A DNA stretch of 64,000 nt from Vulcanimicrobiota bacterium (GCA_963805945.1 CAWDVP010000002.1:32001-96000); one strand, 5' to 3'; positions 29,700 to 40,597 are shown, counted from the stretch's first letter. Notes: generated from the sequence alone by a model not told the origin. Translations and numbers: made by a program.

Positions 29700-31062
29700 A
29701 TGCACCACATCGCCGTCATCGGCGCCGGTTATGTCGGATTGGTGACAGGCACGTGCCTTGCCGAGCTCGGGAACGACGTCGTGTGTATCGATCTCGACGC
29801 CGAGAAGATCAGCGCCCTCGAAAAGGGCACGCTGCCGTTCTTCGAACCCGGCCTTGAGGAACTGGTGCGGCGCAACCGCGCCGCGGGCAGACTGAAGTTC
29901 GGCAGCGAGATCGCGCGCCTTCTCCGCGGACGAGAGGTCGTCTTCATCGCGGTCGGCACGCCGACGACCGATGACGGACACCTCGATGTGCACCACGTGC
30001 GTCAGGCGGCGCTCGACATCGCCGCCGCCCTCGAGGGACGGACGATCGTCGTCAACAAGTCGACGGTCCCGGTGCAGACCGCGGACATGGTGCATTCGCT
30101 CATCGAAGAAGCGAAGACGGGTGACCACGAGGTCACGGTCGTGTCGAACCCCGAGTTCCTGCGCGAGGGCTCGGCGGTCGCCGATTTCATGCATCCGGAT
30201 CGCATCGTCATCGGCGTCGACCAGCCAGGCGCCGAAGCGGTGTTGCGCGATCTGTACGCGCCGCTCGACGCGCCGATCTTCGTCACCGATCCGTCGCACC
30301 GCCGAGATGATCAAGCTCACGCGCCAACGCGTTCCTCGCCACGAAGATCTCCTTCGTCAACGAGATCGCCGAACATCTGCGACGCGGTCGGCGCCGACGT
30401 GCGCGACGTGGTGATCGGCGCCGGCGCCGACAAGCGCATCGGCACCGCCAGCATGCAGCCGGGCCTCGGCTTCGGCGGATCCTGTCTTCCAAAGGACGTG
30501 CTCGCCTTGCATCAGATCGCCAAGACAGGCGAAGGTCAGTGCGGAACTGCTCGACGCCGCGCTGGCGGTGAACGCATCGCAGGTGACGCGGCTCGCCGAC
30601 CGGCTTGGCGAGCTGCTCGGCGGGCTTGACGGTGCGACGATCGGTCTGCTCGGGACTGGCGTTCAAACCGAACACCGACGACGTGCGCGAATCGCCGGCA
30701 GTCGCCTTTGCGCGGGTGCTGCTCGCGCGCGGCGCACACGTGCTCGCCCACGACCCGCTGCGCGTGCCAATGCAGCACCGCAGTTGCACGGCGCCATCCG
30801 CTTCGTGGACGACGCATACGACGTGGCGGACGGCGCGGCGCGCGCGGTCGTGCTCGCGACCGCGTGGAACGAATACATCGAACTCGATCTCGCCGCGCTG
30901 CGCGGCCGCATGGCGGGGAATATCTCGTTCGACACGCGCAACGTGTACGACCGGCATAAGGCCGTCGACGCCGGTTTCCTGTATGCGAGCGTCGGGCGCG
31001 GCCGGCACGGCCGGCCTGCGGGCGCCTTGGCGGGAGTCGGACGCCGGCGCAGCGCTTCTTGA
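29700..31062 (+). CDS. ugd: UDP-glucose 6-dehydrogenase (multiple frameshifts)
   Basis: [55 protein letters not shown] and LATAWNEY occur across frames. Confidence 0.88.
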
Positions 31063-32003
31063 AGATCGTCGTCACCGGCGCGGCGGGCTTCGTCGGCTCG
31101 CACCTCGTCGATCGGTATCTCGCAGACGACAACGACGTCATCGGAATCGACAACTGCATCACGGGGAGCACCGATAATCTCGCGGACGCCCGCGGTTCGA
31201 AACGGTTCACGTACGTCGATCAGGATGTCGCCGCCGAAGGCTTCGACCTCGCGCGCGTCACCGGCCCCGCAGACCTCATCGTGCATTGCGCGTCGCCCGC
31301 CAGCCCGGTCGACTACGCCGAACTGCCGCTCGAGACGATGGCCGCAAACAGCCTCGGGACCAAGCATTGCTGCGAGGCGGCGCGCGCGCTGTCGGCGCGC
31401 CTGCTGTTCACCTCGACCTCCGAGACCTACGGCGACCCGCTCGAGCATCCGCAAGCCGAGTCCTACTGGGGCAACGTCAATCCGATCGGCCTCGATTCGT
31501 GTTACGACGAGTCGAAGCGCTTCGGCGAAGCGATGGTCATGGCGTTCGTGCGCAAGCATGGGCTCGACGCGCGCATCGTGCGCATCTTCAACACCTACGG
31601 ACCCCGCATGCGCCGGAACGACGGACGCGTCGTTCCGAACTTCATCTCCCAAGCGCTGGCCGGAAAGGCGCTGACGCTCTACGGCGACGGCCAGCAGACC
31701 CGTTCGTTTTGCTATGTCTCTGATCTCGTCGACGGCATCGTGCGCTGCGCGGCATCGTCGAAGACGCGCGGGCTTGTCGTCAATCTCGGCAACCCGAGGG
31801 AGATCACGGTCGCGGAGCTCGCGCGGATCGTGTGCGACTTGACCGGCGCCACGCTGCGCACCGAGCGACGCGACATGCCGGTCGACGATCCCGTCCGCAG
31901 GCGCCCGGATATCGCGCGCGCGCGCGAACTCCTCGGGTGGGATGCGCGCGTGCCGCTCGAGGACGGGCTACGCGAGACGATCCGCTACTTCAAGCGCACC
32001 TGA
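31059..32003 (+). CDS. uxs: UDP-glucuronate decarboxylase (UDP-xylose synthase)
   Basis: [70 protein letters not shown]. Confidence 0.92.
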   Translation: MKIVVTGAAGFVGSHLVDRYLADDNDVIGIDNCITGSTDNLADARGSKRFTYVDQDVAAEGFDLARVTGPADLIVHCASPASPVDYAELPLETMAANSLGTKHCCEAARALSARLLFTSTSETYGDPLEHPQAESYWGNVNPIGLDSCYDESKRFGEAMVMAFVRKHGLDARIVRIFNTYGPRMRRNDGRVVPNFISQALAGKALTLYGDGQQTRSFCYVSDLVDGIVRCAASSKTRGLVVNLGNPREITVAELARIVCDLTGATLRTERRDMPVDDPVRRRPDIARARELLGWDARVPLEDGLRETIRYFKRT

Positions 32004-32010
32004 GCCGCTG

Positions 32011-32787
32011 CTAGGGACTGACGCAGGCCTGGGCGCTTGGCACGGACTCATGGCTTCCGACATACCCGGTCACGACGAAACACCTGCCGTTCGCCAGACC
32101 CATCGCGCCGATGAACGTCCCATGGACGCCGTCGCCCGCGCTCGTGGTCTCGACGAGATCATGGTGGCCGCGATCGACGCGGTAGACCTTATAGCCGTCC
32201 AGCGTCGGATACGAGGCGTTTCCCGCCCAGTCCCAGACGAGCGGCTGGTCGGAGCTGTCGATCGCCGCCTTGCAGAACAGCATATTGATGTGCTTCGCGC
32301 ATAGGTTGACATCGCGCGTCGCGATGACGTTCGTCGGTGCAGCCACCGCGACCGAGACTATCACCCCCTGCATGACCGGCATCGTCACGCTGCCGCAGGT
32401 CACGCTGAAAGTGGACGTGTTCGAATATACGTCGGGTTGACCCCCAGAGATGTTGTGCACCCAGACCTGGTCGAAGGTGGTGCCGCTTGTCGACGCGACG
32501 ATCGGTATAGAGTCGTTCACGGCGATCGAACCGCTGCCCGGCATCGTCATCGTGCCGCCGTTGACGACGTTCTGCACGCTGTTGATAAATCTGTTGAAGC
32601 TATATGTGAAGGTCGTGCCCGGCGCTCCGGCGATAGTGCCGGTGAATTTGACGTTGACCGGACATTTCGCGGCGATCGGCGTCGATCCGATGATCGAAAG
32701 CGATGCCGTCACCGCCGCGCTCGACGGCCGGCTCAGCCCGAGCAGCGCGGCGGCGGCGAAGAGCCCTGCAAGCGCTATTGTCCGCAT
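32011..32787 (-). CDS. Secreted modular protein C (Ig-like and FN3-like domains only)
   Basis: Signal peptide; CPVNVKFTGTIAG..FNRFIN..TFDQVWVHNI..VTC as in A/B; ends after the FN3-like domain. Confidence 0.8.
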   Translation of the reverse strand: MRTIALAGLFAAAALLGLSRPSSAAVTASLSIIGSTPIAAKCPVNVKFTGTIAGAPGTTFTYSFNRFINSVQNVVNGGTMTMPGSGSIAVNDSIPIVASTSGTTFDQVWVHNISGGQPDVYSNTSTFSVTCGSVTMPVMQGVIVSVAVAAPTNVIATRDVNLCAKHINMLFCKAAIDSSDQPLVWDWAGNASYPTLDGYKVYRVDRGHHDLVETTSAGDGVHGTFIGAMGLANGRCFVVTGYVGSHESVPSAQACVSP

Positions 32788-32809
32788 GTCGGCGCCTCCG
32801 GTCAAGAGC

Positions 32810-34163
32810 CTAGTTGTAGACCAGGTCAAGCGTGGGGGTGGCGCTGTTGAATTCATTCTTGCAGTGGTTGTCATCGAACGTCTTCGAAGACTCATTGGCG
32901 CCTCGCAGCACGAGGCCATAGTTGTTGCCGCCGACCCACTGCTTCGCGATCGCCGTGACGTCGACGTCCACGTCCGGACCCGGTCCGCCGACCACGATGT
33001 AGTCCGTCGCGAAGGCGCCGGCGATCTGACCGGACGAGCTCCACCATTGATTTATGCCTGAAGCGACCTGGGTGACGCAGTTCGCAGCGTCATCGTTCCA
33101 CACACCGGCGCGATGCAGGTGCAGGACCGCTTTGATGATCGAGTTCGGGGACAGCGCGGCGACGTCGAACCTCACGCCGCTGCGCAGGCTGGCGCTGGAC
33201 CAATTGTCCCCCGTGTCGCTTACCTCTTTCCAATGGAAATACCCGACGCAGAGGTCGGTGCAGGCCATGTCTTTCTCGTGCGTATAGGCGAAGACGCCGG
33301 TTCTGCCGGACCAACCGGTGTCCCAACCGCGTGCAAGTTCCACTTTAAGCGTCGCCGTCTTCGCCGTCGCGCCGCCTGCCACGCAGAACTGATTGCTGGC
33401 GAGTGATAGCGTGGTGCCCACATACCCCATGACGATATAGCATTTGCCGGCGAAGCCGTCGGCCGGCGGGCTCAGAAAGGTCCCTTTAGGTCCGTCGCCC
33501 GCGCTGGAGGTCGTCACCAGTTTGGGAAGGCCGTTATTCGTGGTGAACACTTTGTAGCCGTCAAGCGACGGGTAGGTGGCGTTCCCGGACCACTGCCAGA
33601 TGAGCGCCATTTGACCCGCGCTGATCGCCGCTTGGCAGAACAGCTTGTTGACGTGCGCCGCGCACACATCGACGTCGGTCGTGTTGGTCAATCCCGTGGG
33701 CGCAGGGGGCCAGCCGCCGACCGGAGGCTGCATCACTTGCACACTCATTCCGCTGATGCCGCCGCCGCCGCAGTTCACGGTGAAGTTGACTGTGTTGGAG
33801 TACACATCAGAGAGGCCGCCGGAGATGTTGTGCACATCAGATCTGGTCGAAGGTGGAGCCGGTCGTCGACGCTGAGATCGGGATAGAGTCGTTCACCGCG
33901 ATCGAACCGCTGCCCGGCATCGTCATCGTGCCGCCGTTGACGACGTTCTGCTTGCCATTGACGTAGCGATTGAAGCTATAGGTGAAAATTGTTCCCGGCG
34001 TTCCGGCGATGGTGCCGGTGAACTGGACGTTGAGCGGACATTTCGCGCTGATCGGGGTCGATCCGACGAGCGACAATGACGCGGTGACGGCTGCGTCGGA
34101 TGGGCGGCTCAGACCGAGCAGCGCGATGACGATCAAGAGACCTGTGAGCGCTATCTTGTGCAT
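32810..34163 (-). CDS. Secreted modular protein D (three domains; frameshift near 33837)
   Basis: ORFs 33837-34163 and 32810-33835 join at FDQI|(W)VHNI. C-terminal VDVDVTAIAKQWVGGNNYGLVL..PTLDLVY. Confidence 0.78.
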
Positions 34164-34222
34164 GTCGAAATCCCTTCACAATGCATGCGCGACGCCTTCT
34201 CTGAGACGAGCGCTGTAGACAC

Positions 34223-34248
34223 AACGTTGACCTAGATGAGATAGTTCC
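34223..34248 (-). promoter_or_regulatory. Possible ECF-sigma promoter (GGAAC-N18-GTT) upstream of proteins D and C
   Basis: Minus strand reads GGAAC tatctcatctaggtcaac GTT, matching the SigR/SigH-type consensus; single occurrence. Confidence 0.3.
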
Positions 34249-34274
34249 CCCTGCCCGGCTGGTACGCGCCGGAC

Positions 34275-35076
34275 TTACGGCAGGTCCGCCCAGCGATACA
34301 CCGTCGTCTGCACGTTGAGCAGGTCGCTGCCCTCGACATAAAGATCGCGCGGCGTCCGCTCTAGGCCGTTCTGATCCTGTTCCGCGCTGTGCCACGAGCC
34401 ACGCGTGAAGAGATAGTGGAAGTCCGTGCCGGTGTTGAGCTCCAGTTCGATGACGTAGTGGAGCGCGTCGACGCGCTGCATCTTCACCGCTTGCGGGTTC
34501 CAGCCGCTCGTGTCCGTCGTCATGAAGACGTCGTCGGTGAAGGGCGTGTTCGGCGGCACTTGCACGGTGATGCGTGCCAGCGTGCTCTGCGACAGCTTCC
34601 TGTTGTAGTTCGACTTCGGCGGCGCAAGCTCGGGGTTGGGCTGCGGCGGCGACGCCTGGACGACGTACTGCCGCGGCAGCTGCGCGATCGGCGTGCCTTG
34701 CGGCTGCGGCACGCGCGAGAAGCGCACCGACGTCACCGTGCCGGTGCCCGGGTCGATCGAAGCGAGCGCGAAGATGCCTGGCCCGGGCGGCGCGGCCGAG
34801 CACCGCGCCCGTCTTCGCGTCGATGAACGTCGCGTTCGGCGCGAGGCGCAGCGCGTCGCCGCTCGTGAACACGATGAAGCCGCGCTCGATGTCGATCACC
34901 TGCCCGCTCACCAGCAGCGGCAGCGCGGTCGGCGACGGCGCCGCGATGTCGGGCGGCGGCGTCTGCGATGCCTGCGGGATGGGCGTGGGCAGCGCGGATG
35001 CGCGCGCCGGTATGAGCAGCGCAAGCGCGAGGATGACGACGCTTAGGATGGGCCGATCTAAAGATCGGCCCGCCAC
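34275..35076 (-). CDS. Secreted protein with C-terminal CBM20-like carbohydrate-binding domain (frameshift near 34800)
   Basis: Signal ..ILSVVILALALLIPARASA, Pro-rich linkers, ITVQVPPNTP..GWNP..FHYLFTRGSW..E..R..VYRWAD. Confidence 0.65.
35050..35071. repeat. REP-like palindrome
   Basis: GGGCCGATCT-AA-AGATCGGCCC, perfect 10-bp arms. Confidence 0.6.
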
Positions 35077-35089
35077 ATTGGTGTCGTCA

Positions 35090-36850
35090 TTGCGACGTAC
35101 ACCAAGGAAGTTGAAGTGCGGCGACCACGGCTGGCCGCCCCAGTTGAACGAGTACGCCCGCTGGACGTCGAGGAACAGCACGCGCGTGATCCGGAAACGC
35201 ACGTCGCCGCTGATGCTGTTGCGCGGCGGCCCCGACACGAGCGGCACTTGATCAGGCGAGAAGTACTGGTTCGCATACGCGAGCGTGAGCTGGAAGTTCG
35301 GATTGGGCGCCAACGCCGCGGTGAGCCCGTACGCGCGGTTCGTCGCGCGCAAGAACCCGCCGAGCACGAAGGGCAAGCCGTTCGATGACGACCCCAAGGG
35401 CACGAGCCCCGTCGCCTGGTTGGCGGTGATGAGCGAGTGCGTGTTGTCCGCCCATGCGCTGTCGATCACCGTCGAAGCGATGAGCGTGAGGCTGCGCGTG
35501 ACGCGACGGCTCGCGGTCGCGGTGAAGTTCTGCGTCTGGATGATGTTGGGGAGGCTTAGCCACGCCTGGTTGAGCGTGTACGATCCCGTGATGCCGGTGC
35601 CGAACGGCCCGGGATATACCGGCGTGTACAGCGAGCCGCCGGCGTAGTAGCTCGCCGCTTGCTGCTGATCGGTGCCGCTGATCCCGTAGACGTCGTGTTG
35701 CGACGCGTAACCGGAGTGGAGGATGTAGCTCAAGCCGGTGCGCGCGAGATGCTCATCGTAGCCCGTCCATGAGCGCGCCGACGGTGAACGGATGGTTGGG
35801 GATCCACGGATGCGACGGATCGCCGTAGTAGCCGAGCGCCGGCTGCGCGAGCAGGCTCGAGTACTCTTGCGTGAGATCGAGCCGCACGTACGAGCGGCGC
35901 AATCCTTGCGTGTACAGCACATCGGCGAAGCCGCTCGCCGCCAGCGGCTGCGTCAGCCCGTACTGGTAGGTGAACAACTGCGCATCGAGCGCGATCGCGC
36001 TCTTGCTCGACAACCGCTGATAGGCGAGCGTGTTCCACTGCTTCTGCGGCTCCGTCGCCGGATTGAGGCTGAAGACCGTGTAGCCGCGCGACGAGACGAA
36101 ATGCTGCTCGATGGCCGCGTACGACCCGAGCGGCTGCGGTCCGTAGCGGTAGTGCAGCGCGCTCAGCGAGTTCGGCGAGCCCGCGAGATTGTAGGGCGCG
36201 TCGAAGCTCGCGCCGGACAGACCGTTGACCGCGAAGTTCTGGTTCGGCGAGTAGTTGTAGGTGTACGGCGGCAGCGGCGGCGTCCACAGCGCGCCGTCGA
36301 AGAGCACGAACGTCGCCGGCGCGAAGCGCGCGTACGTCCCCGCATTGACGGTGACGCTGCGCGCCACGATGTACGGCTTGATCCCCGACACGTCGGGCAC
36401 GAAGAACGCGTCGCCGGGCATCACGCGGCCTTTGGACGGATGCGCGTAGTCGTAGTCGAAGAACGTCCAGCGATCGGCTTCCGGGTCGAGCGGCACGAAA
36501 TACTGGCGCTTGAACACCAAGAAGTCCGCGTAGCCTGCGCCCGAGAGCACGCCGTCGTGCGTGTGCAAGCGCACGTGCCCGACCACGAGGAAGCGCCGCA
36601 GCCCGAGATGCATGGCGAAGACGTCGCCTTCGACGGTCGTGCCGTCCGGCTGCGTCACGCGCACGTCGCCGCGCGCCATGATGATGCCGACGTCGCCGTA
36701 GTATTCCACCCGTTTGGCTTTGATCGAGATCGTGGCCGGCGGCCCGGCGGGCGTGCTGGGCGGACCCGACGCGGCCTGCGCCATTGAGGCGGCCGAGACG
36801 ATGGCGCTGCACAGCGTCGCGACGGCGATGCGCGCCGTCCGCGTCGCCAC
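35090..36850 (-). CDS. Putative outer-membrane beta-barrel protein, LptD/OstA-like (paralogue 2); frameshifts near 35765 and 35100
   Basis: Signal peptide; ISIKAKRVEYY..MARGDVRVT..VEGD (OstA-like); DVRFRITR..RAYSFNWGGQ matches paralogue 1. Confidence 0.62.
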
Positions 36851-38244
36851 TACGAGACCGGCGTCGGGTGCTCGCGCAGCTCGGGCTTTGCGACGGCGGC
36901 CGCCGCCTGCGCGCCGGCCGGGGATAACGCTGTCGCGCCCGCGGCCGCGCCGAGCAGCAACCACCAGAGCAGACCGATCTTCGGGAAGAACACCAAATCG
37001 TCGAACACCTGATGCAGGAACAGGCACACCGTCGCGACCAGCGCGACTTGGATGATCCACGAACGCGTCATACCCACGGCGCATTCGCGCACCGCGACGA
37101 TGACGAGCGCGGCGAGCGCGGCGAGGCCGACGACACCTTGCTCCGCCAACGTCTGCAGCCACAGGCTGTTGGCGTGGGTCTGCACGTTCGGCAGGCCGAC
37201 GGTGCCCAACAGGAATTCGAAATTGCCCGCGCCGACGCCGATGAGCGGGTGCTGCGCGAACAGCGTCAACGCGGCGCCCCACAGCTCGTTGCGCGTGCCG
37301 ACGCCGCCCGGATTGTGCGGCACGACGAGCCGCAGGAGATAGGTGAGCACCTCGGAGAGGTTCTGCGTCGCGCCCCAGTACCACGCGACCGCCACCCCGA
37401 TGCCGGCGGCGGTGCCGATGAGGAACGGCGCGAGCGCGCTGCGCGCGGCGCGCCGGTCGATGAGCCAGATGATCCCGTAGCCGAGGATGGCGACGGCGAT
37501 GCCGGCGCGCGACTGGCTGAGCACGAGCGCGGCCATCGTGGCGGCGATGGCGGTCCATCGCAGCGCCGTCATCTCGCGGCCGAGCAGCATCGGCGAGAGG
37601 ATGAGCAGCGGCAGCACGGCCTCCAGATAACCGGCGAGTTGGTTCGGACCTTCCAGCGGGCCCGCGACGCGCGGCAGCGGATGACCGTTCACCCAGACGC
37701 CGGACGGCGCGCCGCCGAAGGTCGCTTGCGAGAGCGCGTCGAGCACGACGATGACCGTCGCGGCGATGACGCCGCCCTCGAGTCCGCGGGTGTCGTTGCC
37801 GGATTCGATCATCAGGCTCGCCGCACACCAGAACATCACGAGATACTCGATCATCTTCAGCGCTTCGCGGGCGACCGGCCCCATATAGGTGGCCTGGATG
37901 CCGGAGATCACGATCGCGCCGAGGACCGCCAGGCCGGCGATGAGGATGCGGCGCGTGCTCGCACTCTTAGGCACCAGCGGCGCGTGGCGCAGCAGCAGGC
38001 CGATGGCGACGCCGACGATGATGACCTTCTCGAGAGTCAGGGTCGTGCCGCCGATGTCGCGATAGAACGCGAACGGGATGGCGAACGCGAGGAGAGCCAT
38101 CGCCCATTGCGGGCGGCGCAGCGCGAGGAACAACGCGAGGCAGGCGACCGCGAGAAACGCTGCGGCGGAGAAGAAGGTGAGCGGGCTCGAAGTGAGGGGC
38201 TGATCGACGATGGGCGGGAGCAGCGTGAGGGCGATCGCTACCAC
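36850..38244 (-). CDS. O-antigen ligase / Wzy_C family membrane protein
   Basis: About 12 TM; RVAGPLEGPNQLAGYL, SQSRAG, R..LW..A..HPLIGVGAGNF, HANSLWLQTLAEQG. Confidence 0.9.
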   Translation of the reverse strand: MVAIALTLLPPIVDQPLTSSPLTFFSAAAFLAVACLALFLALRRPQWAMALLAFAIPFAFYRDIGGTTLTLEKVIIVGVAIGLLLRHAPLVPKSASTRRILIAGLAVLGAIVISGIQATYMGPVAREALKMIEYLVMFWCAASLMIESGNDTRGLEGGVIAATVIVVLDALSQATFGGAPSGVWVNGHPLPRVAGPLEGPNQLAGYLEAVLPLLILSPMLLGREMTALRWTAIAATMAALVLSQSRAGIAVAILGYGIIWLIDRRAARSALAPFLIGTAAGIGVAVAWYWGATQNLSEVLTYLLRLVVPHNPGGVGTRNELWGAALTLFAQHPLIGVGAGNFEFLLGTVGLPNVQTHANSLWLQTLAEQGVVGLAALAALVIVAVRECAVGMTRSWIIQVALVATVCLFLHQVFDDLVFFPKIGLLWWLLLGAAAGATALSPAGAQAAAAVAKPELREHPTPVS

Positions 38245-38942
38245 GCGCCTTCCCCACGGAACACCGCCGGAATCGTGCGCGCCAGGAGCGACAGATCGAG
38301 CCACGGCGTCCAGTTGCGGGCGTACCACACATCCATGGCCATCCAGCGCCGGAAGGGCACGTTCGCGCGGCCGCTCACCTGCCACAGACCGGTGATGCCG
38401 GGCAGCACCGTGAGCCGCTGGAGATAATGGGGTTCGTAGTCGTGCACTTCGCGCGGCAGGCCCGGCCGCGGGCCGACGAGGCTCATGTCGCCGAGCAACA
38501 CGTTCCACAACTGGGGCAGTTCGTCGAGGCTTGTCCGGCGCAGCACGCCGCCGAAGTCGTGGACGCGGGGATCGTCGACGATCTTGAGCGCCGGCCCGTC
38601 GAGCTCGTTGAGATGCTGCACGTGCTCGTGCATCAGGTGCGCGCCGTCCACCATCGTGCGGAACTTATAGAAGCGGAACTCGCGGCCCCCTTTGCCGACG
38701 CGCATCTGCGAGAAGAGCGCCGGCCCGGGCGAGCTCAGTTTGATGCCGAGCGCGATGATCGCGATCAGCGGCAGCAGGATGATCAGCAGCGCGCCCGAGA
38801 GGATGACGTCGAGCGTCCGCTTCAGCAGCGACCACCATGCGGGCACCGGCCTCGCGGCGGCCAGCCAGAACGATCGGCGCTGCGCTTCCGCCTGCGCGCT
38901 GCGGCGCGCGATGCCGACGTCGGTGCTTTTCGCCGCGATCAT
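38238..38942 (-). CDS. Priming sugar transferase (Bac_transf; WcaJ/WbaP C-terminal type)
   Basis: KRTLD, YKFRTM, DDPRV, LRRTSLDELPQLWNVLLGDMSLVGPRP, PGITGLWQVSGR. Confidence 0.93.
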   Translation of the reverse strand: MIAAKSTDVGIARRSAQAEAQRRSFWLAAARPVPAWWSLLKRTLDVILSGALLIILLPLIAIIALGIKLSSPGPALFSQMRVGKGGREFRFYKFRTMVDGAHLMHEHVQHLNELDGPALKIVDDPRVHDFGGVLRRTSLDELPQLWNVLLGDMSLVGPRPGLPREVHDYEPHYLQRLTVLPGITGLWQVSGRANVPFRRWMAMDVWYARNWTPWLDLSLLARTIPAVFRGEGAW

Positions 38943-40093
38943 ACGTGCAGCGGCTCCGGGACCGGCACGCCGAACGACTCCATGACGCGACGGCCGACCT
39001 GCGCGAACGAGTCGAGCTCGCCGAGCGCGATGGCCGGGCGCCCCGGCGCGTAGTCGAGCAGTGGAGCGAATTCACGCGTGTGATCGGTGCCTGCCGCGGT
39101 CGGATCGCAGCCGTGGTCTGCCGTTACGATGAGTCGGTCCCCGCCTTTTAGTCTATTGCAGATGTCCGGCAAGCTCCGGTCGAGCGCCAGGAGCGCCTTT
39201 GCGTAGCCGTCGGGATCGCGGCGATGCCCATACTTCGAATCGAAATCGTTGAGGTTTGTGAAGCAGAAGCCGCCCTGTCCCGCATCCAGCCACTCTACCG
39301 TCTTCGCGATGCCCTCTGCGTTGTCCGCCGTTCGGCTCCCCGCCGCAATACCCTGGCAACAGTAGATATCACCTATCTTTCCGACGCCGTGGACGGCGAT
39401 TCCGGCGGCGGTGAGCGCGTCGAGAATGCTGGGAGCGGGCGGGGCGACGGCATAGTCGCGCCGGCCGGCCGTGCGCACGAACGCGCCGGGTTCGCCCTTG
39501 AACGGTCGGGCGATGACGCGGTTGACGCGGTTCGGACCGACGAGCATCGCGCGCGCCTGCTCGCACCACTGCCACAGGGTCTGCAGCGGCACGACGTCCT
39601 CGTGCGTCGCCACTTGGAACACCGAATCGGCGGACGTGTAGAGGATCGGCCGGCCGGTGCGCATGTGCTCCGGCCCGAGCTCTTCGATGATCTGCGTGCC
39701 GGACGCCGTCCTATTGCCGAGCGCCTTGGCGCCCGCGATCGCCTCGAAGCGCTCGACGACGTCGGGCGGAAAACCGTCGGGGTACGTCGGGAAAGCGTTG
39801 CGGACGAAGATATTCATCATCTCCCAGTGGCCGGTGATGGTATCCTTCCCGTTGCTCGACTCCCGTAAACGCGCCCATGACGCCAGCGGCGTCGCCGTGC
39901 GCGCGACGCCGCGCACGTCCGTGATATTGCCGAGGCCGAGCGCCTCGAGCGTCGGCAGTTTCAGCCCGCCTGCCGCCGCCGCGGTATTGCCGATGGTGTT
40001 GACGCCAGGTCCGTCATGGAACGCCGCCGCATCGGGCGCGGCGCCCACGCCGCCCGAATCGATGACCAGCACGATAACCGATGGCGCGGGCAC
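38939..40093 (-). CDS. deoB: Phosphopentomutase
   Basis: VIDSGGVG, GKDTITGHWE, YTSADSVFQ, RVIARPF, DFDSKYGHRRD, TADHGCDPT, TDHTRE. Confidence 0.95.
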   Translation of the reverse strand: MPAPSVIVLVIDSGGVGAAPDAAAFHDGPGVNTIGNTAAAAGGLKLPTLEALGLGNITDVRGVARTATPLASWARLRESSNGKDTITGHWEMMNIFVRNAFPTYPDGFPPDVVERFEAIAGAKALGNRTASGTQIIEELGPEHMRTGRPILYTSADSVFQVATHEDVVPLQTLWQWCEQARAMLVGPNRVNRVIARPFKGEPGAFVRTAGRRDYAVAPPAPSILDALTAAGIAVHGVGKIGDIYCCQGIAAGSRTADNAEGIAKTVEWLDAGQGGFCFTNLNDFDSKYGHRRDPDGYAKALLALDRSLPDICNRLKGGDRLIVTADHGCDPTAAGTDHTREFAPLLDYAPGRPAIALGELDSFAQVGRRVMESFGVPVPEPLHV

Positions 40094-40099
40094 GATGCG

Positions 40100-40531
40100 C
40101 TAGTGGACGTCGACCGAGATCGTGCGCTGCACGGTCGCCCCGTCGGTGCGGATGGCCGTGATGACCACGTCTTGATGCGCCGGATAGAACGGCAGCGCGG
40201 GCACGTGCAAGGTGGCGACGAAGATGCCGTGCGCCTTCTTGGGGAAGAGCACGCGGACCGTGCCGACCTGTCCGGTGACGGCGGCGGCGTTGCTCGTGCA
40301 GACCACGCGCGCGGTCACCGTGCCGCCGCGCTCGATCCACTCCGGCTTGTACGAGACGGAAACGATGCGCACGGGGTCGGTGTTCGAAGCATAGGGCACG
40401 CCGGGCGGCAACGGGTCGCCGGTGGCCAGGCTCGGGCCGGAGCCCGCGCCGATGATGCACGCCGCCGCCGACGCCGCGACCGCGATGCGGGCGGACCACG
40501 AGGCGGATTTACGCGGCTGGCCGAATGTCAA
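40100..40531 (-). CDS. Small secreted beta-rich hypothetical protein
   Basis: TTG after AAGGAAG; signal-like ARIAVAASAAACIIGA followed by a beta-strand pattern. Confidence 0.6.
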   Translation of the reverse strand: MTFGQPRKSASWSARIAVAASAAACIIGAGSGPSLATGDPLPPGVPYASNTDPVRIVSVSYKPEWIERGGTVTARVVCTSNAAAVTGQVGTVRVLFPKKAHGIFVATLHVPALPFYPAHQDVVITAIRTDGATVQRTISVDVH

Positions 40532-40597
40532 ACGTTCTTCCTTAATAAGAGAGGCCGGGTCGCGCGCGACTCGGCCGCGCGCCGTTGAGGTTATTAG

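Noticed and set aside
33976..35922. 648-aa ORF fusing the barrel C-terminus to the next secreted protein
   Set aside because: It contains an internal signal peptide and out-of-frame ends; explained by indels near 35765, 35100 and 34800.
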